64,000 bases of DNA, taken from the NCBI GenBank assembly GCA_951406725.2, contig OX597815.1, positions 128,030,001 to 128,094,000 on the forward strand, read 5' to 3'. This DNA is from Octopus vulgaris. Taxonomy: Eukaryota. This document shows, piece after piece, positions 12,705 through 22,894 of the stretch. Under the pieces are notes generated by a model. That model was not told where the DNA came from, did not search any database, and worked only from the letters and a program-made list of their open reading frames with translations. Position numbers and translations under genes: made by a program. Within the stretch, counting starts at the first letter, position 1. Each line of letters opens with the position of its first letter.

Positions 12705-13030
12705 CTTCCTTTTTTCTTACAGAAACACTAAGATCTCCTTCCCAAACATCCATTCAAAAAGCTACAAATTCCCAATGTTTCACTTTTAGCTTTTTGGAAA
12801 GTGGGGGAGTTACTTCAGAAATAATGTCGTTTACCTGTTGTTTCTAGCATGTCAAGTTTCCTGGTGGTGGTCTGGTATTTTTTCTGTCTGTTATTTCAGT
12901 ACAATTCTACACATGCATGAAATACAAGATGAAAGTGAAACAGTGGGAGGTTTTAGCTTTTTGAAAGCAGGTAGGTAATGGGTCAGCAAGATGGGGGAAG
13001 GGGCACTGAGTGTTTCTGTAAGAAAAATTA
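12705..13030. repeat. Degenerate inverted repeat (MITE/fold-back-like)
   Basis: TTTTTCTTACAGAAACACT..CAAAAAGCTA..TGTTTCACTTT pairs with AAAGTGAAACA..TAGCTTTTTG..AGTGTTTCTGTAAGAAAAA. Confidence 0.55.
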
Positions 13031-13454
13031 AACTTTAAAAAAATTTATATTTCCCAGATTTGTAATCTCTGTAATTTTCTATGTGGATAAAAAAAAAAAT
13101 TTTTATAAAGTTACAAATTAAGAAATTGTGGTGGGGATGGGAGAAATTAAAATTTTGAAAACATGATTTCTGAGCAAAATCATATTAACCCCCTTTCATA
13201 CGATGAAACAATACATAGTTTGTGATCCTTCTTAAGAAAAGAAAGCACTTTCAAGCCAACCCATGCAAATTATACCCTCCCCACTTCACTTATAAACAAA
13301 TAATAACTTCCATTACGCCAGTAATCCAGTTCACTTATTTATCAGCTGTGCCAATTCTGTCCATAAGAAAGGAACTAATAATACAATTTGACTGTAGGTC
13401 ATAACATCTGGGCAATGCTGGAGTGCATTCCTCGTCTTATATAACAACTGAGAT

Positions 13455-13790
13455 ATCTTTTATCTTTTACTTGTTTCAGCCAGGGTTTAATCAAACAAAT
13501 TCATGCCAGTACTTATTTTTTAAGTGGTACTTATTCTTTCAGTCTATTTTTGCTGAACTTCTAAGTTACAGAGACATAAATGGACTGACACTAGTTATCA
13601 AGTGGTGGTGGAGGACAAACACAAGGCTACAGACACACATATATATATATATACACATATAACAACAGGCTTCTTCCAACCTCTGTCTACCAAATCCCCT
13701 CACAAGGTTTTAGTTAACCTGGGGCTGTAACAGAAGACACTAGTCAGGAAGCAAGTTTCTTTACCACACAAACACACCTGTGCCTATTCT
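13455..13790 (-). mobile_element. Older SINE family A copy
   Basis: Diverged match to the tail, microsatellite and head of family A. Confidence 0.65.
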
Positions 13791-14089
13791 GATTAAGATA
13801 CCAATACATAGAAACACCTTTATCAATCTCAGAGTATTTGTTTATTTATTTAACTAAACTGAAAGGTGGAGCATGTGGGGCACTGGACTGTAAGAATAGA
13901 GGTCAGATACTAAATGTCATTGACAGTGATAAAGCACAATTCCTCAAACATATCAGGCTGAAAATTAGATTTCTGAAATTTACATCATTACCTATGTACT
14001 TTAGAAGTGTTGAGAAAAGGGCAACTTTATAATATCAATGAATTATGGTTACAAATCCATCCAGACACTTTCTAGCTTAAGTGAATCAA

Positions 14090-14455
14090 TACTTCATTAT
14101 CATCATCATTGTTATTCTCGTTATTGTTATCATCATCATCATCATCATCATCAGTAGTAGTGGTAACAGTGACAGTGTTGGTGGAAGAGTCAGTAGCAGC
14201 AGCAGAAGTGGTAGAGGATGTAGGAGAGGCAGCAGTAGCAGCAGCAGCAAAGGCAGGGGCAGCAGCAGAGGCAGTGGTAGCAGCAGAGGCAGTGGCAGCA
14301 GCAGTGGCACAAGCAGTGGAAGTGATGTTAGCAGTGACAGTGGTGACAGAGTGGCAGCAGAGATAGCGGAAGCAAAAGCAAAAGTAGCAACAACAGAAAC
14401 AATGGCAATGGCAACTGCACAATAACAGCCAGAGCAGAGACAACAGTAGCAGCAG
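14090..14455. repeat. Compound (CAT)/(CAG)/(GCAGTG) low-complexity repeat
   Basis: Trinucleotide-based repeats giving homopolymeric ORFs in several frames. Confidence 0.85.
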
Positions 14456-14456
14456 T

Positions 14457-14940
14457 GGAGGTGCAATGGCTCAGTGGTTAGGGCAGCAGACTCGCAGTCA
14501 TAAGAATGCAGTTTCGATTCCCAGACCAGGCATTGTGAGTGTTTATTGAGCAAAAACATCTATGCTCCACGAGGCTCCGGCAGGGGTGATGGTGAACCCT
14601 GCTGTACTCTTTCACCCCAACTTTCTTTCACTCTTTCTTCCTACTTCTGCCACAAAGCAGAGGAACCATGGTGTTATCCACTAGGGTATGGTAAACTTTC
14701 AGACCCTAGTCTAGATTGCGAATCTTCTCTACCCCAGGATGGTTCAGCTCTCCACCTGTTAAAAGCCACTGTTTACGGAATGAGGATAACAACGTAGCTT
14801 TTGCGCCCGTGTAACCGCCAGTCTATTGCATGTGGTGGGTGGATCTTCAAGTTTCCACACACATTCTTAGTAGCTTAGAGTAGGATCGAATTAGAGACTA
14901 TTCTTTGTGGCTAATGGCGTAAGTCCTGATTGGAAGAAGA
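14457..14940 (+). mobile_element. tRNA-derived SINE (tRNA-Arg-like head) ending in (GAA)n
   Basis: A box TGGCTCAGTGG, anticodon-arm-like GACTCGCAGTC, B box GTTTCGATTCC; the body runs into GAAGAAGAA. Confidence 0.6.
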
Positions 14941-15032
14941 AGAAAAAGAAGGAGGAGGAGGAGGAGACAGTAGCAGCAGTGACACAAGCAACAACAGTAG
15001 TGATATCAGCAGAATTGGTGTCATCACCATTG

Positions 15033-15066
<34 letters not shown>

Positions 15067-15184
15067 TGTTTTAACATTCTCCATTCCATGCTCACATGGG
15101 TGAGACAGAATTTGCTAAAGTGTATTTTTTGTGGCGAGATGCCCTTCCTGTTGGCAACCCCTCACCTTTTGCCAAGTAAAGTAA

Positions 15185-15397
15185 TATTGGTTTCAAATTT
15201 TGACTCAAGGCTTGCAATTTCAGTGAAAGGGATAAGTTGATTACATCGACTCCAATGCTCAACTGGTACTTTATTGATCCTGAAAGAATGAAAGGCACAG
15301 CCAACCCTGGCAGAATCTGAACACAGAATGTAAAGACATAGGAAATGTTGTTTAGCATTTTGCTCAGCATGATAACGCTTCTACCAGCTCACCACCT
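15185..15397 (-). mobile_element. SINE family B
   Basis: rc GGTGGTGAGCTGGTAGAAGCGTTATC..GCCTTTCATTCTTTCAGGATCAATAAAGTACCAGTTG. Confidence 0.75.
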
Positions 15398-15540
15398 AAA
15401 GCAAGGTAATATTTCCTTATGACCAAACATGTTTTTCATGGTAAGACTGGAAACAGACACCACTTACAGGATGGCAACGCCTGCTGACAACAATCATGTT
15501 TGGTGACACTAACACACACAGATATACGTACATACATACA

Positions 15541-15571
<31 letters not shown>

Positions 15572-15580
15572 GTACATACG

Positions 15581-15613
<33 letters not shown>

Positions 15614-15651
15614 GCAAATGTATCAATTAAAATCAAGGATAAAATCTATAT

Positions 15652-16058
15652 AGGCATAGGAGTGGCTGTGTGGTAACTAGCTTGCTTACCAACCACATGG
15701 TTCCAGGTTCAGTCCCACTGCATGGCACTTTGGGCAAGTGTCTTCTACTATAGCCTTGGGCCGACCAAAGCCTTGTGAGTGGATTTGGTAGGCGGAAACT
15801 GAGAGAAGCCCTTCGTATATATGTATGTGTGTGTGTGTGTGTGTGTGTATGTTTGTGTGTCTGTGTTTGTCCACCCCCAACATCGCTTGACAACCGATGC
15901 TGGTGTGTTTACGTCCCTGTAACTTAGTGGTTTGGCAAAAGATAGAATAAGTACTAGGCTTACAAAGAATAAGTCCTGGGGTCGATTTTCTTGACTAAAG
16001 GTGGTGCTCCAGCATGGCCACGGTCAAATGACTGAAACAAGTAAAAGAGTAAAAGAGT
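15652..16058 (+). mobile_element. SINE family A, full length
   Basis: A and B boxes, CORE-like block, (TG)n, tail GGTGGTGCTCCAGCATGGCCACGGTCAAATGACTGAAACAAGTAAAAGAGTAAAAGAG. Confidence 0.9.
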
Positions 16059-16104
16059 ATAAGATCTTATCAAGTAGCTAGAATGTAAAAACCAGCTGAG
16101 ATAA

Positions 16105-16370
16105 AAATTAATACAAAGTATATAATTTTATAAATTTTATAAAGTGTATAATTTTATATACAAAATTATAAGGGCAACTACCAAATAATGTCACATGCTA
16201 GAAAAAGACACCAAATGGCTCTAAACTACTTTGTCTATCATATAGACACGTACTGTCTATGTAATAGATAAAGTAGTTTAGAGCCATTTGATGTCTTTTT
16301 CTAGCATGTGGCATTACTTTGTAGTTATCCTTATTATAATTCTATAATTATATTTATAAAATTATAAACA
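16105..16370. repeat. Fold-back palindrome, centre about 16249
   Basis: CACATGCTAGAAAAAGACACCAAATGGCTCTAAACTACTTT pairs with AAAGTAGTTTAGAGCCATTTGATGTCTTTTTCTAGCATGTG. Confidence 0.85.
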
Positions 16371-16566
16371 TCATATATATATATATATATATATCATCAT
16401 CATCATCATCATCATCGTTTAACGTCCGTTCTCCATGCTAGCATGGGTTGGACGGTTCGACCGGGGATCTGGGAAGCCAGAAGGCTGCACCAGGCACCGG
16501 TCTTATCTGGCAATGTTTCTACTGCTGGATGCCCTTCCTAACGCCAACCACTCCGCGAGTGTAGTG

Positions 16567-16785
16567 GGTGCTTTTTACGTGCCACCTGCACTGGTGCCAG
16601 GCGAGGCTGGCATCGGCCACAGTCGGATTGGTGCATTTTACGTGCCACCTGCACGGAAGCCAGTCGAGGCGGCACTGGCTTCGGCCACGATTCGGATGGT
16701 GCTTTTTACGTGCCACTGACACGGAAGCCAGTCGAGGCGGCGCTGGCATCAGCCACGATTCGGATAGTGCTTTTTACGTATCTCC
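16567..16785 (-). repeat. Tandem 63-68 bp units in the RTE 3' UTR anchored on GTGGCACGTAAAAAGCACC
   Basis: Motif starts at 16567, 16630, 16698 and 16766 on the plus strand (GGTGCTTTTTACGTGCCAC and variants). Confidence 0.85.
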
Positions 16786-16983
16786 AGTCCAGGGGTCCTG
16801 GCATCTGCCGGGTGCCAGTCATAGGATTGGTTCAATTTCGATTCCGATTTCAATTTCACTTGCCCCAACAGGTCTTCGCAAGCAAAGGTGCCTGTCGTCG
16901 GATGAGGTTCGATATCGACTTCGCTTGCCTCAACAGGTCTTTGTGTGTCCAAGGGAGGAAAGGTATGCATAAGTGGGCTGGAC

Positions 16984-19900
16984 TCACTTGTCCTGCCTGG
17001 TCTTTTCACGCACAGCATATTTCCAAAGGTCTCGGTCGCTGGTCATTTCCTCAGTGAGAACTAAAGTTCGAAGGTCGTGCTTCACCACCTCGTCCCAAGT
17101 TTTCCTGGGTCTACCTCTTCCACGGGTTCCCTCCACTGCTAGGGATTGGCACTTTTTCACACACCTATCTTCATCCATTCTCGCCACATGACCATACCAG
17201 CGCAATCGTCTCTCTTGCACACCACAACTAATGCTCCTTAGGTCCAACATTTCTCTCAGGGTACTAACGCTCTGTCGAGCATGCACACTGACATTACACA
17301 TCCATCGGAGCATACTGGCTTCATTTCTCGCGAGCTTACGCATGTCCTCAGCAGTCACAGCCCATGTTTCACTGCCATGTAGCATGGCTGTTCGTACACA
17401 TGCATCATACAGTCTGCCTTTTACTCTGAGCGAGAGGCCTTTAGTCACCAGCAGAGGTAAGAGCTCCCTAAACTTTGCCCAGGCTATTCTTACTCTAGCC
17501 ATTACACTTTCAGCACACCCACCCCCACTACTGACTTGGTCACCAAGATAACGGAAGCTATCAACTACTTCTAGTTTTTCCCCCTGGAAAGTGACGGAAG
17601 TTGTTTTCTGCAGATTTTCAGAGGTTAATGCTCCCGAGCATCTGCCACATACAAAAACCATCTTCCTAGTTAGCCTTCCTTTGACATTGCTGCACCTCTT
17701 ATGTGTCCATAGCTTACACTTGGTGCATCTTATAGAGTTTCTACCTACACCTTTTCTACAGATCAAGCAGGGCCATCTACCTGAAGGCGTTTGTGATTTG
17801 TCTACCTTCCTACTTATTACGACTTTGGTTTTAGCTAGATTGACTCTAAGGCCCTTCGATTCTAAACCTTGCTTCCACACCTGAAACTTCTCCTCCAGTT
17901 CTGATAGTGACTCAGCAATTAGAGCAAGGTCATCAGCATAGAGGAGCTCCCAGGGGCATCCTGTCTTGAATTCCTCCATTATTGCCTGGAGGACTATGAT
18001 AAATAGGAGGGGGCTGAGGACTGAGCCTTGGTGGACTCCTACCTCTACCCAGAATTCTTCACTGTACTCGTTGCCAACCCTCACCTTAGTAGCAGCATCC
18101 CTGTACATGGCTCGCACAGCTCTCACTAACCATTCATCTATCCCTAGTTTCCTCATTGACCACCAGATGAGGGATCGGGGGACCTTGTCGAAGGCTTTCT
18201 CCATGTCAACAAAAGCCAGGTACAGGGGCTTATCTTTGGCTAGGTATTTCTCCTGCAGCTGCCTTACCAGGAATATAGCATCAGTGGTACTTTTCCCTGG
18301 CACGAACCCAAACTGCATCTCATCTAAACTAACTCTCTCTCTAATTAGTTGGCTTATGACCCTCTCTGTAACCTTCATCACCTGATCCAACAGCTTGATA
18401 CCTCTGTAATTATTTGTATCTAGGGCATCACCTTTACCTTTGTAGCAGTTGACTATTATGCTGCTACACCAGTCATTGGGTATGACTCCTTCGTGTATCA
18501 CCTGATTAGCTATACAGGTGACTAGGCTATAGCCGACACTACCAGATATTTTGAGCATCTCTGCAGTGATACCTGATGGGCCTGGGGCTTTCCCTGTCTT
18601 CATGCTTCTAATTGCCTTAACTACCAAGGAACTATCAACCCTGATAGCTGGTCCCTCTGTTGGGTCAACATTCGGCAGACTCTCTTTATCCCATTCATTT
18701 TCTTTATTCAGCAACCTTTCATAGTGGTGTCTCCAACCCTCTCTCTTTGCATCCTCATTTAGCACAAGTGAACCATCTTCCATGCGAACACACTTCTCTC
18801 CTACCACATCACAATTCTCTCTCACACACTGTCTTGCAACTCGAAACACCTCCAGTTTTTGGTCCTCATGGCGCAGAACATTGGCAAATTTTTTCTTATC
18901 TGCTTCCCCTCTGGCTAGATAGACTTGTCTCCTAGCTTCCCTCTTAGCAGTCTGATACAATTCCCTGCTACCACCATTCTTCCAGTGCTTCCAAGTCTGT
19001 CTCTTTTCTCTAATAGCCCTGTCTACAACACTGTTCCACCACCACGTTACCTTGGGACGAGAGGGGACTTTGCACCAGCCACAGATCTGGTCAGTGGCTC
19101 TCAGCAGGTTGTCCCTTAGAAACGTCCAGTTGCCCTCTACCCCATGTGATACTCTATCCCCTTCTACTTCGTCAAAGGCTTCAAGTAGCATGTCCCTAAA
19201 TCTCTGTCCATTCGCAGGATCTTTAAGCTTCCAGATCCTTCTTCTCCATGTTGGTCGTCTTCTGGTTGTCCTCCTAGTCCTGATCCTAAAGTCACTAACT
19301 ACCAGTCTATGTTGTGGGGTACATTCTTCACCTGGGAAGGTTTTGGCATTTATAAGTAGCCATCTCTCCCTTTGCCTGGCAAGGATGTAGTCAATTTGGC
19401 TGGTATGTTGGCCCGATCGGTAGGTGACAAGGTGGCTGGTAGGTTTCCTGAAGTTAGTGTTGCAAATCATAAGATTATTTGCATTGCAGAACTCCAGCAG
19501 CCTGGTTCCCTCCTCGTTGCAGGAACCATAGCCATAGCCTCCATGTACGCCATGGAAGCCCCCAGCATGTCGTCCAATGTGACCATTGAAGTCACCAGCC
19601 ACAAAGAGAAGGTCTCTGTCGTTCGTCAACGAGGTAGTCTGCAGTAGAGTGTCATAGAATCGGTCTTTCTGTCCATCGGGTAACCCCGGCTGAGGAGCAT
19701 AGGCCGATATAATGGTTGCTAATCCATGATGAAGCACTAATCTAATCTTAAGTATTCTGTCACATACTCTGATTACCTCAATTACTTTATCTACCCATTT
19801 CTCAGCGATAAGTATACCCACGCCACCAACCCCATCAGTGTTCCCTGCCCAGAAAATCTTGTACCTGTGTTCCTTGCCTGTGAGGAACCTAGCAGAACCT

Positions 19901-20073
19901 CCTCTCCACCTTACTTCTTGCATGCAACATATATCCACACATCTCCGTTCAAGTATCTCGACTATCTCGCCAGACCTACCTTTCAGTGTGCCAACGTTGA
20001 GGGTGCCAACCCTGAGGGTGTGGAAGGTATGGGCCCTAGAGACCCTGTGACGGTGGACAGTAGCTTCATGTAC
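16984..20073 (-). CDS. RTE ORF: AP endonuclease + reverse transcriptase with inserted PHD finger (open frame runs to the TAG at 20088-20086)
   Basis: GTLNVGTL..QEVRW..SAYAPQ..GDFNGH..IDYIL..QHRLV (APE); KAPGPSG, QFGF, DMEKAFD, GVHQGSVLSP, YADD (RT); PHD 17775-17638; FRYLG thumb; RGRGRPRKTW end. 1030 codons including stop. Confidence 0.93.
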   Translation of the reverse strand, partial: VHEATVHRHRVSRAHTFHTLRVGTLNVGTLKGRSGEIVEILERRCVDICCMQEVRWRGGSARFLTGKEHRYKIFWAGNTDGVGGVGILIAEKWVDKVIEVIRVCDRILKIRLVLHHGLATIISAYAPQPGLPDGQKDRFYDTLLQTTSLTNDRDLLFVAGDFNGHIGRHAGGFHGVHGGYGYGSCNEEGTRLLEFCNANNLMICNTNFRKPTSHLVTYRSGQHTSQIDYILARQRERWLLINAKTFPGEECTPQHRLVVSDFRIRTRRTTRRRPTWRRRIWKLKDPANGQRFRDMLLEAFDEVEGDRVSHGVEGNWTFLRDNLLRATDQICGWCKVPSRPKVTWWWNSVVDRAIREKRQTWKHWKNGGSRELYQTAKREARRQVYLARGEADKKKFANVLRHEDQKLEVFRVARQCVRENCDVVGEKCVRMEDGSLVLNEDAKREGWRHHYERLLNKENEWDKESLPNVDPTEGPAIRVDSSLVVKAIRSMKTGKAPGPSGITAEMLKISGSVGYSLVTCIANQVIHEGVIPNDWCSSIIVNCYKGKGDALDTNNYRGIKLLDQVMKVTERVISQLIRERVSLDEMQFGFVPGKSTTDAIFLVRQLQEKYLAKDKPLYLAFVDMEKAFDKVPRSLIWWSMRKLGIDEWLVRAVRAMYRDAATKVRVGNEYSEEFWVEVGVHQGSVLSPLLFIIVLQAIMEEFKTGCPWELLYADDLALIAESLSELEEKFQVWKQGLESKGLRVNLAKTKVVISRKVDKSQTPSGRWPCLICRKGVGRNSIRCTKCKLWTHKRCSNVKGRLTRKMVFVCGRCSGALTSENLQKTTSVTFQGEKLEVVDSFRYLGDQVSSGGGCAESVMARVRIAWAKFRELLPLLVTKGLSLRVKGRLYDACVRTAMLHGSETWAVTAEDMRKLARNEASMLRWMCNVSVHARQSVSTLREMLDLRSISCGVQERRLRWYGHVARMDEDRCVKKCQSLAVEGTRGRGRPRKTWDEVVKHDLRTLVLTEEMTSDRDLWKYAVREKTRQDK

Positions 20074-20182
20074 CTGAAAAGAAAGCTAGCATTTGGCAGA
20101 ATTCATGAGCAAGTAATACAGTAGCCTTCAATTCAATCTGCATAACACTACCCATTCATATTTTGCACTGTATGAACATTAC

Positions 20183-20281
20183 CTTACATAGGTCAAAACT
20201 AGGGGTAGGGATGGTGAAAGAGCATTTGCAGTCTTCAAGGGAAGCAACCCAGGGATGACAAAGAATAGGAACTTCCGGCAT
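20183..20281 (-). CDS. Predicted first coding exon of the RTE ORF (MPEVPILCHPWVASLEDCKCSFTIPTPSFDLCK)
   Basis: ATG at 20281 and 33 open codons ending AAG|GTAATG. Joins in phase 0 to CTTTCTTTTCAG|GTACAT at 20073. Prediction only. Confidence 0.5.
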
Positions 20282-20673
20282 GTGTGGAGGGGGTGGGTGG
20301 GCGGGTGCACCCCAAACTAGCAAGAGGATTCTGTTAATCGTGAGAGCAAGAAAGTAGGTTTGAAAAATCTGAGAAAGTCAAATTTTAGGGGGACCGATAA
20401 GTGGCTATGAAACGGGAGCAACAGGGAGACAAGACTAAACGAAAAACATTACATTACATGAATGGCATGTTGAAAACTGAAAGAATGATATGATGAGAGG
20501 AAAGAATAATATGAGAGAAAAATTGAAGAACAATGAAAGAATAATGATTATACGTGCAAAGGGTAGGAGAAAGCGAGGGTGAAAGAAGAAATCTTAGCTT
20601 TAGCCGTTCATGAGCTGTGCGTTCGTAGTGGTGGAGTTGAAAGCGAGTGGGGTTACCGATTTGCGTGCGCTAG

Positions 20674-20683
20674 TTTATATATA
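20674..20683 (-). promoter_or_regulatory. TATA-like box (TATATATAAA) near the RTE 5' end
   Basis: Isolated TATA in CpG-containing context (CGCTATATATAAACTAGCGCACGC), about 65 bp inside the apparent 5' boundary. Confidence 0.3.
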
Positions 20684-20869
20684 GCGATGGTGGTTATCGA
20701 AAGACAGGGGCATAATAGAAACATAGGGAGAGGGACAGGGTTAGTTATATATATATATATATATATAAGTATATAAGTTCAGCAAAAATTTAGATTCAGA
20801 TGAATATGGTACTTAAGTTAAAGGTACTAGAATTTGGTATGGTATTATCCATATAAATCAAATGGGTTA

Positions 20870-21025
20870 ATTATAATCAAAATATGCAACAAGGATATCC
20901 AAAGGTAGTGTAGTACAATGCTCTACATTTTAAAACTGGTGTAATACTTACCTTGTTTAATTAAATGAAGTAGCATGAAACGATCGTACTACACTACCTT
21001 TGGATATCCTTGTTGCTTATTTTGA

Positions 21026-21027
<2 letters not shown>
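20870..21027. repeat. Fold-back with hammerhead 3' half-core (GAAACGATCGTA), between (TA)n tracts
   Basis: GCAACAAGGATATCCAAAGGTAGTGTAGTAC pairs with GTACTACACTACCTTTGGATATCCTTGTTGC. Confidence 0.75.
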
Positions 21028-21064
<37 letters not shown>

Positions 21065-21089
21065 CATACACACATACATGCATACATAC

Positions 21090-21149
<60 letters not shown>

Positions 21150-21600
21150 CATCATCATCATCATCATTATCATCATCATTATTATCGTTTAACATCCACT
21201 TTCCATGCTAGCATGGGTTGGACGATTTGACTGAGGTCTGGCAAACCAGATGGCTGCACCACACTCCAATCTGATTAGGTAGAGTTTCTACAGCTGGATG
21301 CCCTTCCTAACGCCAACCACTCCGAGAGTGTAGTGGCTGTTTTTATGTACCTCTGGCACGAGAGCCAGTCAGGTGGTACTGGCAACGGCCACGCTCAATG
21401 GTGCTTTTTATGTGCCACCTGCACAGAAGCCAGTCCAGTGTTACTAGCAATGACCTCGCTCAAATGTTTTTCACATGCCTCCAGCACAAGTGCTAGTAAA
21501 GCAACGCAGGTAATGATCACACTTGAATGGTGTTTTTAACATGCCATCGGCATGGAGGCCAGCTTGTTGCTCTGGCAACGATCTCACTTGTATGGTATTC
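21150..21600 (-). mobile_element. RTE 3' UTR-only copy with about five array units
   Basis: (CAT)n, CTGGATGCCCTTCCTAACGCC and repeated GGTG.TTTT.A.GTGCC units; truncated at (TA)n. Confidence 0.8.
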
Positions 21601-21611
21601 TTTATATATAT

Positions 21612-21800
21612 AGTTCAGATTTACAGAAAATAAAAGATGAAGGCAGGTGAAGGAGCAATAAGCAGATGTACTAGTTTAACATTCAAGAAGAATGGAAAAG
21701 TCTTTGATGTTTCAAGCCTATGCTTTTCGACAGAAAAAACGGAGAGAAAAAAATGGAGAGAGAAAAAAAACGTGTAGAGATTAATGATTCAACATGATAA
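21612..21800 (-). mobile_element. Penelope-like terminal repeat fragment with degenerate hammerhead
   Basis: rc CTGTCGAAAAGCATAGGCTTGAAACATCAAAGAC; homologous to 31200-31390 and 35580-35750. Confidence 0.6.
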
Positions 21801-21834
21801 AAAGAAAATATGTATATACTCATATATACATATA

Positions 21835-22743
21835 TGAGGGAGGTACCCAAAAGAAACCAGAAATTTATGATGCTATTTTATTCAATTAGTTTTACATGTT
21901 TACACTTTTATCACATTCAAAGTATTTACCATTGCAAGCAATGCATCAGTACAGACACATTTTCTACTGTTTGAAGCAGTGCTGGAACTCTTTGCAAAGT
22001 GATGTCTTTTAATGCCTTCATTTTCTTCTTTTTTCACCTCTTCCACATTTGCAAATTCCATAGCACCAGCTCTCATCACCAGTGATGAACTTTGAAAAAA
22101 GGTCCAGATCAACTTCCAACTGTTCTTTCAGTTCGCAACACATATTCAGTCGTGACTGCTTTTGATGTTCCATAAACAAGCAAGGCACAAATTTTGCTGC
22201 AACTTTTTTCATTTGCAATTCCTCACCCAAAATTTGTTGGCAGGAGCTCCAGGACACACCAATAATATCAACAACTTCATCAATTGTTTGGTAACAGTCC
22301 TCTAAGATGAGTTCATGAATTTTCATGATGTTTTCATCCATTCAGGAGGTTGACGGTCGTCCTGAATGAGCGTAGTCTTCAAGCAACAAGCGACTATTCT
22401 TAAAGCATGGAAACCACATGTAAACTCATGTTTTGCTCAAGGCAGCATCCTTGTAAGCTGTTTAAAGCATGACAACTGTTTTGGCCGCTGTTTTCCCCAG
22501 CAGAAAACAGAATTTCATGGAAGCATGCTGTTCCTTCATTTCAGCCATCGCAAAAATCAACAAACTGGTTAGGAGAACTGCAAAACAAAGATACACCATG
22601 TGGCAGTATGACCACACTTGATGACACTGGTCGACAGACTGATGTCTGAGGGTTGTATCAAGTGGCTTCCAGTGGCAGAAGCCAGAACTGCAATGGGTCA
22701 GTCTCACAGAGAACGTTTTTGGTTACTTTTGGGTACGCCCACG
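21835..22743 (-). mobile_element. Internally deleted mariner (about 910 bp)
   Basis: TIRs containing GTACCCAAAAG.AACC with TA flanks; MAEMKEQHASMKFCFLLGKTA..KVAAKFVP..ITGDESWCY, then a jump to the C-terminal FANVEEVK. Confidence 0.85.
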
Positions 22744-22773
22744 TATATACATATATACATATATATACATATA

Positions 22774-22825
<52 letters not shown>

Positions 22826-22894
22826 TAGTAATGGTAAGACAACAAAAGAATGGATGAGACCTCAATATTATGTAAATAGAGGAATTTATCTGTA

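Larger units (their letters stand above)
16393..20746 (-). mobile_element. Full-length young RTE-clade LINE inserted in (TA)n
   Basis: 5' region of about 670 bp, uninterrupted APE-RT ORF, 3' UTR of about 570 bp, (GAT)n tail, and (TA)n on both flanks. Confidence 0.92.

Noticed and set aside
13395-13445. Helitron-like 3' hairpin (CTGGGCAATGCTGG)
   Set aside because: No CTAG terminus or matching 5' end identifiable.
13838-14032. Possible host exon in unique sequence (minus-strand TTTTCAG then PDMFEELCFITVNDI-stop)
   Set aside because: Too short, no recognisable homology and no partner exons.
14457-14535. tRNA-Arg gene
   Set aside because: A and B boxes are present but the cloverleaf is imperfect and it continues into a SINE body; the same applies to SINE A and B heads.
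14072-14559. Ala/Ser/Thr/Leu-rich ORFs on both strands
   Set aside because: Products of trinucleotide repeats open in several frames; no domain or splice support.
16567-16785. CRISPR-like repeat-spacer appearance
   Set aside because: Spacers are homologous to each other, the array lies in a LINE 3' UTR, and there are no cas genes in this eukaryotic context.
17231-19647. Antisense ORFs over the RTE (and 61385-63855 over Dong)
   Set aside because: Short shadows of the sense ORF with no recognisable motifs.
19936-19938. ORF-track start of the RTE protein
   Set aside because: It is a GTG inside the endonuclease; the conserved GTLNV motif lies upstream in frame.
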